This document shows positions 51,701 through 62,963 of a stretch of 64,000 nt of DNA, piece after piece. A program made the position numbers and the translations under genes. The notes beneath the pieces are model-generated. The model did not search any database, was not told the origin of the DNA, and was given only the letters and a program-made list of their open reading frames with translations. Position 1 is the stretch's first letter. The number at the start of each line of letters is the position of its first letter. This DNA comes from Myxococcota bacterium (GTDB taxonomy: Bacteria; Myxococcota_A; UBA9160; UBA4427): positions 3,232,001-3,296,000 of the forward strand of contig OZ252299.1 in assembly GCA_965250285.1 (NCBI GenBank), written 5' to 3'.

Positions 51701-53434
51701 ATGCACGATCTCGTGATTCGCGGTGGCACCGTCGTCGACGGCACCGGTGCACCGAAGCGTCGGGCCGACATCGCCATCGATGGCGACCGGATCACGGCCG
51801 TGGGCGAAGCGGTCGGCGAGGGTCGGCGCGAGATCGACGCGACGGGCAAGCTCGTGACGCCCGGTTGGGTCGACATCCACACCCACTACGACGGGCAGGT
51901 CACCTGGGATCCGCACCTGACGCCCTCGGGCTGGAACGGCGTGACGACGCTGGTGATGGGCAACTGCGGCGTGGGCTTCGCGCCGGTCAAGCCCGGCGAA
52001 GAAGAGTTCCTGATCCAGCTGATGGAAGGCGTCGAGGACATCCCCGGTACGGCGCTCAGCGAGGGCATCGAGTGGAAGTGGGAGAGCTTCCCCGAGTACC
52101 TCGACGCGCTCGAGAAGATGCCGCGCTCGGTCGACGTCGGCGCGCAGATCCCGCACGGCGCCGTGCGCGCCTACGTGATGGGCGAACGGGGCGCGAAGAA
52201 CGAGAAGGCGACCGACGAAGACATCGAGCAGATGGCCGCCATCGTGAAGGAAGGCCTCGAGGCCGGCGCGCTCGGCTTCTCGACGTCGCGCACGATCCTG
52301 CACCGCGCGAAGGACGGCGAGGTGGTGCCCGGCACCTATGCCGAAGACGCCGAGGTGCTCGGCATCGGTCGCATGCTCGGCGAGGTCGGCCACGGCGTCT
52401 TCGAGGTCGCGAGCGATCTCGCGCCCGAGGGCGACGAGCTCGCCTGGATGAAGCGCCTCGGCAAGGAGACCGGCCGCCCGGTCGCGTTCGCCTGCCTGCA
52501 GTCGCCGGCCGATCCCGAGCAGTACAAGCGTCTGCTGAAGGAGGTCGACGCCGACATGGCCGATGGCGGGCGCCTGACGCCCCAGGTCGCCCAGCGGCCG
52601 GCCGGTCTGCTGCTCGGCTGGGAGACGACGGCCCATCCGTTCATGTTCAGCGCCGCCTGGGGGCAGCTCGCCCTGCTCTCGCCCGACGAGCGTCGCGCGA
52701 AGCTGGCCGAGCCCGAGACGCGCAAGGCCGTGCTCGAAGGCATGCCCGACCTCAGCAACTCACCGCTGCCGGGGCCGGCGCTGATGATCGTGAACGGGTT
52801 CTCGATGATGTTCCCGCTCGGCGACCCGCCCGACTACGAGCCGGGCCCCGAGAAGAGCCTGCAGGCGATCGCCGAGCGCGAAGGCCTTGATCCGCGTGAG
52901 CTGGCCTACGACATCATGATGGAGCGCGACGGACGCGGGCTGATCTACCTGCCGCTGCTCGGCTACGCGCACGGCTCGCTCGACTCGATCGGCGAGATGA
53001 TGCAGCACCCGCGCGCCGTGTTCGGCCTGTCGGACGGTGGGGCGCACTGCGGTCTCATCTGCGACGCGAGCATGCCGACGTTCCTGCTGACGCACTGGGT
53101 GCGCGACCGCGCACGCGGCGAGAAGCTGCCACTCGAGATGGTGGTCGAGAGCCAGACGAAGCGAACCGCCGAGCTCTACGGCATGGCCGATCGGGGCGTG
53201 CTCGCCCCCGGCATGAAGGCCGATCTCAACGTGATCGACTTCGAGGCGCTGCACATCCACGCGCCCGAGATGATCTACGACCTGCCGGCCGAGGGCCGAC
53301 GCTTCGTGCAGAAGATCGACGGCTACGACTACACCGTGCAGAGCGGTGAGGTCACGTACGAGGGCGGCGAGCCGACGGGTGTCCTCCCCGGCAAGCTCGT
53401 GCGCGGGCCGCAGGCGGCCCCTGCCCAGGCCTGA
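51701..53434 (+). CDS. N-acyl-D-amino-acid deacylase family amidohydrolase
   Basis: [26 protein letters not shown] and SDGGAH. Confidence 0.9.
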   Translation: MHDLVIRGGTVVDGTGAPKRRADIAIDGDRITAVGEAVGEGRREIDATGKLVTPGWVDIHTHYDGQVTWDPHLTPSGWNGVTTLVMGNCGVGFAPVKPGEEEFLIQLMEGVEDIPGTALSEGIEWKWESFPEYLDALEKMPRSVDVGAQIPHGAVRAYVMGERGAKNEKATDEDIEQMAAIVKEGLEAGALGFSTSRTILHRAKDGEVVPGTYAEDAEVLGIGRMLGEVGHGVFEVASDLAPEGDELAWMKRLGKETGRPVAFACLQSPADPEQYKRLLKEVDADMADGGRLTPQVAQRPAGLLLGWETTAHPFMFSAAWGQLALLSPDERRAKLAEPETRKAVLEGMPDLSNSPLPGPALMIVNGFSMMFPLGDPPDYEPGPEKSLQAIAEREGLDPRELAYDIMMERDGRGLIYLPLLGYAHGSLDSIGEMMQHPRAVFGLSDGGAHCGLICDASMPTFLLTHWVRDRARGEKLPLEMVVESQTKRTAELYGMADRGVLAPGMKADLNVIDFEALHIHAPEMIYDLPAEGRRFVQKIDGYDYTVQSGEVTYEGGEPTGVLPGKLVRGPQAAPAQA

Positions 53435-53463
53435 ACGCAGGGCCCGACTTCGAGTGAGATCCG

Positions 53464-53500
53464 AGACCCGGGCGCTTCGGCGCCCGGGTCTTCTGCTTTC
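53464..53500 (+). terminator. Intrinsic terminator hairpin (possibly bidirectional)
   Basis: AGACCCGGGCGC-TTCG-GCGCCCGGGTCT followed by TCTGCTTTC, between convergent genes. Confidence 0.75.
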
Positions 53501-53509
53501 GGGGCGCGC

Positions 53510-54616
53510 CTACTCGAGGCGCTGATGAAAGCGCCGCACCGCGAGCACCATCGTCACCACGAAGAACGCGAACAAGAAGCCGATGTCGAGCGAGAGCCCG
53601 GCGAAGCTCGCGTCGCGCAGCACGACGCCTCGCACGATGCGCATGAAGTGCGTCATCGGCAGGATCTCGGCCAACCACTGAGCGGGGACCGGCATCGCGA
53701 CGTAGGGGAACATGAAGCCCGAGAGCAGGATCGACGGGATCAGGTAGAAGATCATGATCTGCATCGCCGCGAGCTGCGATGGGACGACGGTCGAGATCAG
53801 GAGCCCGAGCGACAGATTCGTGAAGATGAAGAGCAGGCTCACGAGCATCAGCTTCGTCCAGCCGCCGACGACCGGGACGGTGAACATCGCGTGTCCCAGC
53901 CAGACGATGATGCACGCCTGCAGCAAGCCGATCAGCACATAGGGCACGATCTTACCCGTCATCAGCTCGACGGTCGTCACCGGCGTCGCGATCAAGAGCT
54001 CGACGTTGCCCCGCTCGCGCTCGCGCACGATCGAGATCGAAGTGAAGATCGTCATCGTCATCGTCAGGATCACCCCGAGCAGACCCGGCACCGTGAACAG
54101 CGCGGCGCGCTGGCTCGGGTTGTAGAGCAGCGTGACCGACAGCAGCGACTTCGATTCCGTCGGTGGTTTGGTGTCGCCGGGATAGAAGGGCATCGCGCCG
54201 AGGGCCTGCAGAGCCGCCGCCATGATCGTGTCGGAGCCATCGACGATCAGCTGCGCGATCGGCTCGCCCGCCTCGGCGTAGAAGCGCCGCTCGGTGTCGC
54301 GCGGGATGTACACCCCGGCCGACACGCGCCCGTCGCGGATCGCCCGCTGCAGTTCGTCGGGGTTCGTGTACGTGACGGTCGGCACGACGACCTCGGTCGC
54401 CTCGAGGTCCATCACCAGCTGCCTCGAGAACGAGGTCTGCGCGTGGTCGACCACGCCGATCGGGACGTCGCGCACCTTCGTATTGATCGTGTAGCCGAAC
54501 AGCAGGAGCTGGATCAGCGGGATCATCACGACCATGCCGAACGTCAGACGATCCCGGCGAAGGTGGGTGAACTCTTTCGCGCAGACCGCGTAGACCCGGA
54601 GCAGCGCCTCCTTCAC
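53510..54616 (-). CDS. ABC-2 type transporter permease
   Basis: KEF..LRRDR, RERERG.VE.L..TP and LSGFMFP. Confidence 0.9.
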   Translation of the reverse strand: MKEALLRVYAVCAKEFTHLRRDRLTFGMVVMIPLIQLLLFGYTINTKVRDVPIGVVDHAQTSFSRQLVMDLEATEVVVPTVTYTNPDELQRAIRDGRVSAGVYIPRDTERRFYAEAGEPIAQLIVDGSDTIMAAALQALGAMPFYPGDTKPPTESKSLLSVTLLYNPSQRAALFTVPGLLGVILTMTMTIFTSISIVRERERGNVELLIATPVTTVELMTGKIVPYVLIGLLQACIIVWLGHAMFTVPVVGGWTKLMLVSLLFIFTNLSLGLLISTVVPSQLAAMQIMIFYLIPSILLSGFMFPYVAMPVPAQWLAEILPMTHFMRIVRGVVLRDASFAGLSLDIGFLFAFFVVTMVLAVRRFHQRLE

Positions 54617-55533
54617 GTCTGGCCACCCCCGGTGGAAATCACGAAGACGTCCTCGATCGAGGCCTCGGCGGGCTCGATCACCGCATCGGCAGGCAGCTTC
54701 TCGCGCACGGCGCGCTCGGGATCGCCGACGTCGCGACTCACCAGCACGCGCAGCGCGAGACCGACCTGGGTGACCGATACGATGCCCGGCTGGCCGCGCA
54801 GCGGAGCGATCCAGTCGGAGGGCTCCCCGCCGCTCACGCGCAGCACCGACGCGGGCAGATTCGACTCGAGCTCTTCGACGGTGCCGTCGGCCACCTTCAC
54901 GCCCATGTCGAGGATCGTGAGCCGGTGGCAGCGCTCGGCCTCGTCCATCAGGTGGGTCGACACCATGATCGTCGTGCCGTCTCGCGCGAGCTCGAAGAAG
55001 CGCGACCACATGTCGCGACGCGTATTCGGATCGACCTCCGACGTCGGCTCGTCGAGGATCAGCAGCTCGGGCTTCGTCAGCACGGCCGCGGCCAGCGCGA
55101 TCCGGCGCTTCTGGCCGCCACTCATCGGCCCCACGCGGCGATTCGCGATCTTCTCGAGGTTGTACAGCTCGAGCAGCTCTTCGGTGCGCGTCTTGATCTG
55201 CGCGGCCGACATGCCGTGAATCCGCCCGAGGAATCGGAAGTTCTCGAAGACATCGAGGTCTTCGTACAGCGAGAACCGCTGGGTCATGTAACCGACGCGC
55301 TTGCGAATCTCCTCGGCGTCGTGTGCGACGTCCATCCCGAGCACGTCGACGCGGCCCGAGGTCGGCTCGAGCAGGCCGCAGATCATGCGGATCGCGGTCG
55401 TCTTGCCCGAACCGTTCGGGCCGATGAACCCGTGTACGCGGCCTCGCTCGATGTTCATCGAGAGCGAGTCGACGGCGAGGTGGTCCCCGAAGCGCTTCGA
55501 GAGGTCATGGACCTCGATCGCGTGTTCAGGCAT
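54613..55533 (-). CDS. ABC transporter ATP-binding protein
   Basis: GPNGSGKTT, MSGGQKRR and LILDEPT. Confidence 0.93.
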   Translation of the reverse strand: MPEHAIEVHDLSKRFGDHLAVDSLSMNIERGRVHGFIGPNGSGKTTAIRMICGLLEPTSGRVDVLGMDVAHDAEEIRKRVGYMTQRFSLYEDLDVFENFRFLGRIHGMSAAQIKTRTEELLELYNLEKIANRRVGPMSGGQKRRIALAAAVLTKPELLILDEPTSEVDPNTRRDMWSRFFELARDGTTIMVSTHLMDEAERCHRLTILDMGVKVADGTVEELESNLPASVLRVSGGEPSDWIAPLRGQPGIVSVTQVGLALRVLVSRDVGDPERAVREKLPADAVIEPAEASIEDVFVISTGGGQT

Positions 55534-55537
55534 GCAG

Positions 55538-56512
55538 CTAGTCCGAGCTCGGCAGCACGCGCACGGGGATCCCCACCCGAAGTTCGAGCGCGGACTCTTC
55601 GATCAGATCGACCTGGGTGACGTACGAGAGCCGCGTTCGATCCTCCTCGGACAGTGCGTAGTACGGCGTGTAGGCCGGGCTGCTCTCGATGTGGCGCACA
55701 CGTCCGACGTAGGGCTGTGCGCGTCCATCGACCCGCACGTCGACGCGATCTCCGACGTTGATCTTGCTGAGCCACGGCTCGGGGAGATAGACCCGGGCCC
55801 ACGGCCGATCGCCGGCGAGCACGGTGGTCACGACCGCCTGGGCGGGCGGCTTGTCGCCGATCTTGAACGGAAGCGAGTCGACCAGGCCCGCGCGTTCGGC
55901 CTGCACCGTGTACCGCGCGAGCTCGGCCTCCTCGTACGCGAGCTCGGCCATGGCGGCCGCGAGCTGGGCGGCCGCCTGCTCGATCTCCTCGATCCGGAAG
56001 CCCGCGGTCAGGAGCGTGAGCTGCTCGACGGCTCGCTCCTCGCGCGCCTCCGCCTGCGCCATGCGATTCTCGTACGCATCGAGCTGGCGCGCACTGACGA
56101 CGTCCTGCTCGAGCAGTGCCTGCTCGCGCTCGAGCTCGAGCTTGGCCGTCGCGAGGTTGATGCGCGCCGCTTCGAGCTCGGCCCGGGCCTTGGCCACCTC
56201 TTCTTCGCGGAAGCCGCGCTTGCGCTCGGCGAGTCGCGCCTCGGCCTGGCTGACCTGCCCTCGACTCTGCGCGACGCGCGCCTCCTGAAGCCGCGGATCG
56301 AGCCGCAACAGCGGCGCGCCGGCTTCGACGCGATCTCCTTCGCGGACGAAGATCTCGATGATGGGCTCGGACACGACGGCGCGACCGTTCACGCGATCCC
56401 ACTCGAGCGTGCCGAGCGCGGCCTCGCGGCGCTCGGAGCAGCCGAGCGATTGAACGAGCAGGATCGCGGCGGCGAAGACGCACACGCCGTGGCGCAGCGG
56501 TGTTGCGATCAA
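55538..56512 (-). CDS. HlyD-family membrane fusion protein
   Basis: Lipobox-like SLGC, VREGDRVEAG lipoyl half-motif, coiled coil and YTPYY. Confidence 0.88.
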   Translation of the reverse strand: MIATPLRHGVCVFAAAILLVQSLGCSERREAALGTLEWDRVNGRAVVSEPIIEIFVREGDRVEAGAPLLRLDPRLQEARVAQSRGQVSQAEARLAERKRGFREEEVAKARAELEAARINLATAKLELEREQALLEQDVVSARQLDAYENRMAQAEAREERAVEQLTLLTAGFRIEEIEQAAAQLAAAMAELAYEEAELARYTVQAERAGLVDSLPFKIGDKPPAQAVVTTVLAGDRPWARVYLPEPWLSKINVGDRVDVRVDGRAQPYVGRVRHIESSPAYTPYYALSEEDRTRLSYVTQVDLIEESALELRVGIPVRVLPSSD

Positions 56513-56940
56513 GGGGACGACCTCCCGACGTCGACGATGCTCGCGTCGGGTGCGGGGCACGGCATGGGTCTCGACACCGCGCGATCCCGGCGACGCGCAG
56601 ACTCGCAGCGCGACGCGACCTCGCGCACGGGCTGCCTTGCGCGCGATGCTATCTCGGTGTGTCGCGGCCGACACGCTCGATGCGAAGGTCGGCGGCGGGT
56701 TGCCTGCGCGCGGGGCCGTTCGAAAACGGCGCGCGGGAAGGCGGGCGCCGGCGAGCCAACCCAGCGAGTGCCTTCGTGATTCAAGCACCGCGCGCCCCGA
56801 GGCATGCTCGGTCGGGGCACGCGACGAGATCGGCCCGGGCAACGGGGCGCCCGGGCCGCGCTGTCGATGCTCGGCGGTGGCATCAGAGCGCGGCGCCCCG
56901 AGTCACGCCGCGGCGCTTGACTCCGGCTGCGGGGCTCGGA

Positions 56941-58512
56941 TCAGGCCGCCCGTGCGCGGCCCGACGCCATGGGCACCACCCCCGGCTGCCGAAACCGCGC
57001 CTCGAGGCCCTCCCAGTCGACCGAGAGGCGGCCACCCGAGCCCGCGTTCTGCTTCTCCCAGCTCATCAGCAGGTCGATGCAGGCATGGTCGATGTAGCCG
57101 AGGCGATCGAGGTGCACGTGCAGATCCGCATCGCGCGGGATCGACTCGAGCGCCTGCACGAGCTTCGGCAGCCGCATGACGGTGGCGGCGCCGGTCAGAT
57201 CGAGATCCCAGCGATCGCTGGCCTCGTCGTGCTGCACGTCGACGCGCAGGGTCGAGACATCGAACAGGATCCGCAGCAGCGAGAGGGCGATGCCGAGCAC
57301 GACGCCAGTCAGCAGATCGACCGTCACGATCGCCACCAGGGTCGACGCGTAGATCGCGAGCTCGATGCGACCGAAGCGCGCGAGCTCTTTGATCGCGGCC
57401 ACGTCGACGAGCCGGTAGCCCGTGAAGACGAGCACCGCAGCGAGCACCGAGGTCGGGATCGCGCGCAGCACGAAGGGCAGCGCGGCACAGAAGACGAGCA
57501 GCCAGACCCCGTGCAGGATCGCCGAGCCGCGCGTGCGCGCGCCGGCGGCCACGTTCGCGCTGCTGCGCACGATGACGCCGGTCATCGGCAGTGCGCCGAC
57601 GAGACCGCAGAGCACGTTGCCCAGCCCCTGGGCGCTCAGCTCGCGGTCGAAGCGGGCCCGCGGCCCGTCGTGGAGCTTGTCGACGGCGGTCGCGCAGAGC
57701 AGCGTCTCGGCGCTCGCGACGAACGCCAGCGCGAAGCCCGACACGAGCACGCCCCAACCGAGCGAGCCGAGGTCGGCGACGGTCGGGAACGTCACCGCCT
57801 CCATCATGTTCTCGGGGATGTCGACGCGATTGACGCCGAGCCCCGCAATCGAAGCGAACGCGGTCGCGCCCACCACGGCGACGAGGGGCGCGGGCACGGC
57901 CTTGAGCGCCTTCGGCGCGAGGGGCTTCCACGCGACCATCAAGCCGAGTGTCAAGAGGCCGACCATCGCGGCCTGAAAGTGGATCGATCCGTCGGCGGGG
58001 GTCACGCCCTTCATGATCGCCTCGGGGATCGCGACCAGGTTCTCGAGCCCGGTCGTGCGCGGCGTGTCGTCGACCATCACGTGAAACTGGCTCACGAAGA
58101 TCAACACGCCGATGCCCGCGAGCATCGCGTGGATCACCGCCGGCGAGACGGCGCGAAACCACTGCCCGAGACCGGCGACGCCCGCGATCAGCTGGATCGC
58201 GCCCGCGGCGAGCACGATCCACCCGAGCGCTCCGTAGCCGTGCGTTTGCACGAGCTGATAGACGATGACGCTCAGGCCCGCCGCCGGGCCACTGACCTGC
58301 AGCGGAGCACCGGCAAAGACGCCGACGATCAGACCGCCGATGATGCCCGTGATGAGACCGGCGGCCGGCGGCGCGCCCGACGCGATCGCGATGCCCATGC
58401 AGAGGGGCAACGCCACGAGGAACACCACCACCGAGGCGAGCATCTCGTTTCGCCACGACCCCTTGAAGACCGAGAGCTCGGAGAGCACGTCAGAAGCCCA
58501 CGCCCCCATCAC
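56941..58512 (-). CDS. SulP/SLC26 anion (bicarbonate) transporter
   Basis: VVFLVALPLCMGIAIASG, QVSGPAAGL, AETLL and VIVRSSAN. Confidence 0.92.
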   Translation of the reverse strand: MMGAWASDVLSELSVFKGSWRNEMLASVVVFLVALPLCMGIAIASGAPPAAGLITGIIGGLIVGVFAGAPLQVSGPAAGLSVIVYQLVQTHGYGALGWIVLAAGAIQLIAGVAGLGQWFRAVSPAVIHAMLAGIGVLIFVSQFHVMVDDTPRTTGLENLVAIPEAIMKGVTPADGSIHFQAAMVGLLTLGLMVAWKPLAPKALKAVPAPLVAVVGATAFASIAGLGVNRVDIPENMMEAVTFPTVADLGSLGWGVLVSGFALAFVASAETLLCATAVDKLHDGPRARFDRELSAQGLGNVLCGLVGALPMTGVIVRSSANVAAGARTRGSAILHGVWLLVFCAALPFVLRAIPTSVLAAVLVFTGYRLVDVAAIKELARFGRIELAIYASTLVAIVTVDLLTGVVLGIALSLLRILFDVSTLRVDVQHDEASDRWDLDLTGAATVMRLPKLVQALESIPRDADLHVHLDRLGYIDHACIDLLMSWEKQNAGSGGRLSVDWEGLEARFRQPGVVPMASGRARAA

Positions 58513-59129
58513 GCTGCCCTCGTCGCGGCGATGTCGATACGCTCGAAGCGCGCATCCTTGTCGCCGACGAAGACTTCACCGCTCACGAAGTCGTAGACCC
58601 AGGCGTGCAGCTCGAGCTCGCCCCGCGCCTCGGCCGCAACGACGCTCGGGTGCGTGCGGAGGTGATCGATCTGTGTGACCACGTTGGCCGCGACGGCCTC
58701 GACGAGGCGCTCGCCGCCCGAGTCGATCTCGACCGGGCGATCGATCGCCTGCTTCGCGTGTTCGATCCAAGACGACACGGCCGGCAACGACGCGGCCGAA
58801 GCGGGATCGAGCGCGGCCGCCATCGCGCCGCAGTGCGTGTGGCCGCAGACCGCGATGTGACGAATGCCGAGGGCCTCGATGCCGTACTCGATCGTGGCCG
58901 CCTCGCCGCCGTTCGCGTCCCCCCACGGCGGGACGAAGTTGCCGGCGTTGCGGATGACGAAGACCTCACCCGGGCCCGACTGGGTCAGCAGTGAAGGAAC
59001 GATGCGCGAATCCGCGCAGGTGATGAGCAGAAGTTCCGGCTTCTGCCCGCCCTCGAGCGCTTCGAACGCGCTCTCGTGCCCGGCGTGCACGCCACGCTGG
59101 TAGCGGAGAATTCCGTCGACAGCCTTCAT
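58509..59129 (-). CDS. Beta-class carbonic anhydrase
   Basis: ITCADSRI, RNAGN and CGHTHCGAM. Confidence 0.93.
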   Translation of the reverse strand: MKAVDGILRYQRGVHAGHESAFEALEGGQKPELLLITCADSRIVPSLLTQSGPGEVFVIRNAGNFVPPWGDANGGEAATIEYGIEALGIRHIAVCGHTHCGAMAAALDPASAASLPAVSSWIEHAKQAIDRPVEIDSGGERLVEAVAANVVTQIDHLRTHPSVVAAEARGELELHAWVYDFVSGEVFVGDKDARFERIDIAATRAA

Positions 59130-59257
59130 GATGTCCGAGTACCTCCTCGATCGAGCGACTGGCTCACTCGGCTGCGAATCGGCGCCGCGATCCCTGAGGA
59201 GATGTCGAAATATCGAAAGGTTCGTTAGCGAAATCCGAATAGGCAGATGGAGGCCGA

Positions 59258-60163
59258 ATGTCCCTCGAAACGCTCAACTTCCATCACCTGCTCTACTTCC
59301 GAGCGGCCGCGCGCGAAGGCGGGGTGAGTCGCGCCGCCGAACGCCTGCACGTGTCGGCGCCGACCATCAGCACACAGATCAAGCAGCTCGAGGATCAGGT
59401 GGGCGAAGCGCTCTTCCTTCGCACCGGCCGGCGACTCGTGCTGACCGATCTCGGGCGCACCGTGCTGCGATACGCCGACGGCATCTTCGACATGGGAGAG
59501 GAGCTGAAGGCCGCCGTGCGCCGCGGCGAGATGGCCCATCCCGAGCGACTCACCGTCGGACTGCCCATGGTCGTACCGAAGCTCATCGCTCACCGGCTGC
59601 TCCAGCCGGCGCTCGAGCTCGATCGGCCGATCGAGCTCGTCTGCATCGAAGACAAGCCCGAGCGATTGCTGGGCGAGCTCGCGACCTACTCGATCGATCT
59701 GATGCTGAGCGACGCTCCGCGCGGCAGCGAGGTCGCAGTTCGCGCGTTCAACCACCTGTTGGGCGACTGCGGCGTCACGTTCTTCGCGGCCCGCGATGTG
59801 GCGCGCGCTCACCGTCGTCGCTTCCCGGCGAGCCTCGACGGCGCACCGATGCTCTGGCCGACGCCGATCGCGGCTCTGCACGCCGGGCTCGAGCACTGGT
59901 TTCAAGACCTCGGGATCCGACCTCGCACGATCGCGAGTTTCGATGACTCGGCACTGATGAAGGTCTTCGGCTCGACCGGCGCCGGCATCTTCCCGACGCC
60001 GTCGGTGATCGAAGACGAGGTGCGCGCCCAATACGGCGTCGAGATCGTCGGGCGCACCGATGACGTGCGCGAACGCTTCTACGCCATTTCGGTCGAGCGG
60101 CGGCTGAAGCACCCCGCCGTGTTGGCGATCAGCGAGGGCGCTCGCTCGCAGATCTTCGCATGA
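59258..60163 (+). CDS. nhaR: NhaR-like LysR transcriptional activator
   Basis: LNFHHLLYF, PTISTQIKQLE, FDDSALMKVFG and YAISVERRLKHPAV. Confidence 0.85.
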   Translation: MSLETLNFHHLLYFRAAAREGGVSRAAERLHVSAPTISTQIKQLEDQVGEALFLRTGRRLVLTDLGRTVLRYADGIFDMGEELKAAVRRGEMAHPERLTVGLPMVVPKLIAHRLLQPALELDRPIELVCIEDKPERLLGELATYSIDLMLSDAPRGSEVAVRAFNHLLGDCGVTFFAARDVARAHRRRFPASLDGAPMLWPTPIAALHAGLEHWFQDLGIRPRTIASFDDSALMKVFGSTGAGIFPTPSVIEDEVRAQYGVEIVGRTDDVRERFYAISVERRLKHPAVLAISEGARSQIFA

Positions 60164-60211
60164 GCTCGGCTCGCGGCAGGCGACCCGGGCGGGCGCGCCC
60201 ATCGAATCGCT

Positions 60212-60490
60212 TCACGCCTTCGACGACCACTCGCCCGGCGTGAGCGTCTGCATCGAGAGCGCGTGGATCTCGGGCCCCATCATGTCTTCGAGCAAGCCGT
60301 AGACGAGCTGCTGGCGCTTTACCCGCGAGAGCCCGTCGAACCGGTCGCTCACCAGGATCGCGCGATAGTGCCCCGCGCCGTCTCGCGCACCTGCGTGACC
60401 TGCATGCAGGTGACTCTCGTCGATCACTTCGATGTGGGTCGCGGCGAGCCCTTCGCTGAGCTTCGCCTCGATTCGCGCGCGACGATCCAT
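60212..60490 (-). CDS. bolA: BolA family protein
   Basis: DESHLHAGH, F.GLSRVKRQQLVY and IHALS. Confidence 0.92.
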   Translation of the reverse strand: MDRRARIEAKLSEGLAATHIEVIDESHLHAGHAGARDGAGHYRAILVSDRFDGLSRVKRQQLVYGLLEDMMGPEIHALSMQTLTPGEWSSKA

Positions 60491-60516
60491 CGCACCGTGC
60501 CCCCGCCAAACGTGCG

Positions 60517-61674
60517 TCAGTCCTTCGGCAGGCCGAGGATGCGCTCGCCGATGATGTTCTTCTGGATGTTCGGCGTGCCGCCGCCGATCACCACCTCGGG
60601 CCAGCCGAGCGCGAAGCGCGCCCACTTGCCGCCCTCGGGCGCATCGTCGCACTCCATCAGCGGACCGCGGCTGCCGAGGATCTCCATGGCGAGTTCGCCG
60701 AACTCGACCTCGAGCTCGGCCCGGGTCAGCTTGTTGATCGATGTCTCGCTGCCGAGCTCCTCGCCCTTGAGCTGCTTGGTGAGAAATCGCTGGCCGTTCA
60801 GGCGCATGGCCTCGATCTTCACGTCGGCCCGGGCGAGGCGACGCCGGATCGTCGGGATCTCGCTCGCCTTCTGCCCGCCGCGCACCGTCTCGTTCGCCAA
60901 CGTGTGCAGCTCGGCGAGCTTCGCCTGCAGGCCGTAGACCTCGGCGATGCTCGAGCGCTCACTCGCGAGCGCCGACACCGTCACGTCCCAGCCGCCCCCT
61001 TCGGGACCGAGCCGATTCTCGACGGGCACCCGCACGTCGTCGAAGAAAACCTCGGCGAACATCGCGCCACCGCCCATATTCTTGATCGGCCGCACCTCGA
61101 GGCCCTTCGAATCCATCGGGACGAGCAGGCAGGTGATGCCGTCGTGCTTGGTCTCGACATCGAACTGGGTGCGAACCAGCAGGATCATCATCTTCGACCA
61201 CATGGCGATCGAGGTCCAGATCTTCTGGCCGTTCACGACGTACTCGTCGCCCTCCCGCACGCCCTTGCACTTGAGGCTCGCGAGGTCGCTGCCCGAATCG
61301 GGCTCGCTGTAGCCGGTGCACCAGTGGTACTTGCCGTCGAGGATGTCGGGGATCCACTTCTGCTTCTGCTCGTCAGTGCCGTACTTGATGAGGGCCGGAC
61401 CGACCCACGCGAGGCCCATGAAGCAGGTGCCGAGCGAAGGCGCCTTCCGCTTGGCCATCTCTTCCTTGAGGATCACCTGCTCCATGACGCTGCCACCGCC
61501 GCCGGTGACCTCCTTCGGCCAGTTGAAACCGACCCAGCGCTTTTCGCGCACCTGGGCGTACCAGTTGGCCATCAGCTCCGGCGTGCGCTCGGCGCCCTCG
61601 GGCATGTGCTCATCGAGAAAGCCGCGGACCTCGTCGCGAAACGCCTGCTCTTCGGAGGAGAGATTGAAATCCAT
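60517..61674 (-). CDS. Acyl-CoA dehydrogenase
   Basis: WCTGYSEPDSGSDLASL, NGQKIWTS and GGTPNIQKNIIGERILGLPK. Confidence 0.92.
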   Translation of the reverse strand: MDFNLSSEEQAFRDEVRGFLDEHMPEGAERTPELMANWYAQVREKRWVGFNWPKEVTGGGGSVMEQVILKEEMAKRKAPSLGTCFMGLAWVGPALIKYGTDEQKQKWIPDILDGKYHWCTGYSEPDSGSDLASLKCKGVREGDEYVVNGQKIWTSIAMWSKMMILLVRTQFDVETKHDGITCLLVPMDSKGLEVRPIKNMGGGAMFAEVFFDDVRVPVENRLGPEGGGWDVTVSALASERSSIAEVYGLQAKLAELHTLANETVRGGQKASEIPTIRRRLARADVKIEAMRLNGQRFLTKQLKGEELGSETSINKLTRAELEVEFGELAMEILGSRGPLMECDDAPEGGKWARFALGWPEVVIGGGTPNIQKNIIGERILGLPKD

Positions 61675-61677
61675 GAC

Positions 61678-62805
61678 CTAGAGACCTCCCAGTCGCGCAA
61701 CGCGCTCGTAGTGCCAGTCGGCATCGCCGAAGAGCGGGCGCATCCACTTGCCCCGCTTCAGATAGAGCTGAATGTCGTACTCCCAGGTGTATCCGACCCC
61801 GCCGTGCAGCTGCACGCCGTCGATGCCCTGCCCCGGGAAGACGTCGCTCGCGAGCGACTTCGCCCGCGACACCGCGAGCGACGCAGCCGCGTCGCCCTGA
61901 TCGATGGCCCAGATCGCGTAGTAGACGAGTGACTTCACGTTCTCGACATCGACATACATCTCGGCGAGCGGATGCTTGACGCCCTGGAAGCGACCGATCG
62001 GCTCGCCGAACTGGATGCGCTCCTGCGCGAACTTCGTCGTGATCGCCAGCGCGTTCTCGGCGGCGCCAGCGCTCTCGGCCGTGACCAGCGCCGCGCCCAG
62101 ATCGACGAGCCACTGGATCGCGGGCCAGGCGTCGCCGGTTTCGCCGAGCACAGCCGATTGCGGGATGCGCACGCCCGCGAAGTCGAGCCGCGCGGTGCGC
62201 TTCGTGAGATCCATCGTGGTGAGCGTCGTCGCCGTCAAACCCGTGGCCGACGCTTCGACGACGGCGAGCGAGAGCGCGTCGGGCGCGTCGCCGCTGCGAA
62301 AGGCGACGACATGCAGGTCGGCGACGCCCGCGTCGGGCACCAGCGTCTTGGTCCCGGTCAGCACGATGTCGTCGCCTTCGGCCTGGCCGCGCAGGGCCAC
62401 ACCCTCCGGCGACAGATCGTCCGTCGCTTCGATCAGCGCGAAGCTGCCGACCTTCGTGCCGTCAGCCAGCCCGGGCAGCCATCTCTCCTGCTGCGCCTCG
62501 TTGCCAAAGCGCGCGATCGCCTGGCCCGCGAGCACGGTCGACAGGAGCGGCGACGGGAAGAGGCTGCGGCCCGTCTCTTCGAGCACGACGACGAGCGTCT
62601 CGAGATCGAGGCCGACGCCGCCGTGGGCCTCGGGCAGACACAGACCGACCCAGCCGAGTTCGGCCATACGCGCCCACAGCGCGCGGTCGAAACCGTCGTC
62701 GCTCTCGACGATCTTGCGCACCTGCTCGAGGGGCGCGTTCTGTTCGAGGAACTTGCGCACCTCGGCCCGGAGCAGCTCCTGCTCCTCGGTGAATCCGAAA
62801 TTCAT
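61678..62805 (-). CDS. Acyl-CoA dehydrogenase (partner subunit)
   Basis: MNFGFTEEQ, RIQFGEPIGRFQGVKH and HGGVGYTWE. Confidence 0.92.
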   Translation of the reverse strand: MNFGFTEEQELLRAEVRKFLEQNAPLEQVRKIVESDDGFDRALWARMAELGWVGLCLPEAHGGVGLDLETLVVVLEETGRSLFPSPLLSTVLAGQAIARFGNEAQQERWLPGLADGTKVGSFALIEATDDLSPEGVALRGQAEGDDIVLTGTKTLVPDAGVADLHVVAFRSGDAPDALSLAVVEASATGLTATTLTTMDLTKRTARLDFAGVRIPQSAVLGETGDAWPAIQWLVDLGAALVTAESAGAAENALAITTKFAQERIQFGEPIGRFQGVKHPLAEMYVDVENVKSLVYYAIWAIDQGDAAASLAVSRAKSLASDVFPGQGIDGVQLHGGVGYTWEYDIQLYLKRGKWMRPLFGDADWHYERVARLGGL

Positions 62806-62963
62806 GCGTGGCTCTCCGGCATGCTCGATGGAACGCTCGTCAGCGGTCAGGCCGCGTTCGACGGGCGGATGCGGAGACTACCACGAAGCCGAGCGATTCC
62901 GCGGGGACCGGGGGGAGGCGCCCGGCGCCATGCGTCGTTTCCGGCGCTCGAAGTCGAGCCGCC

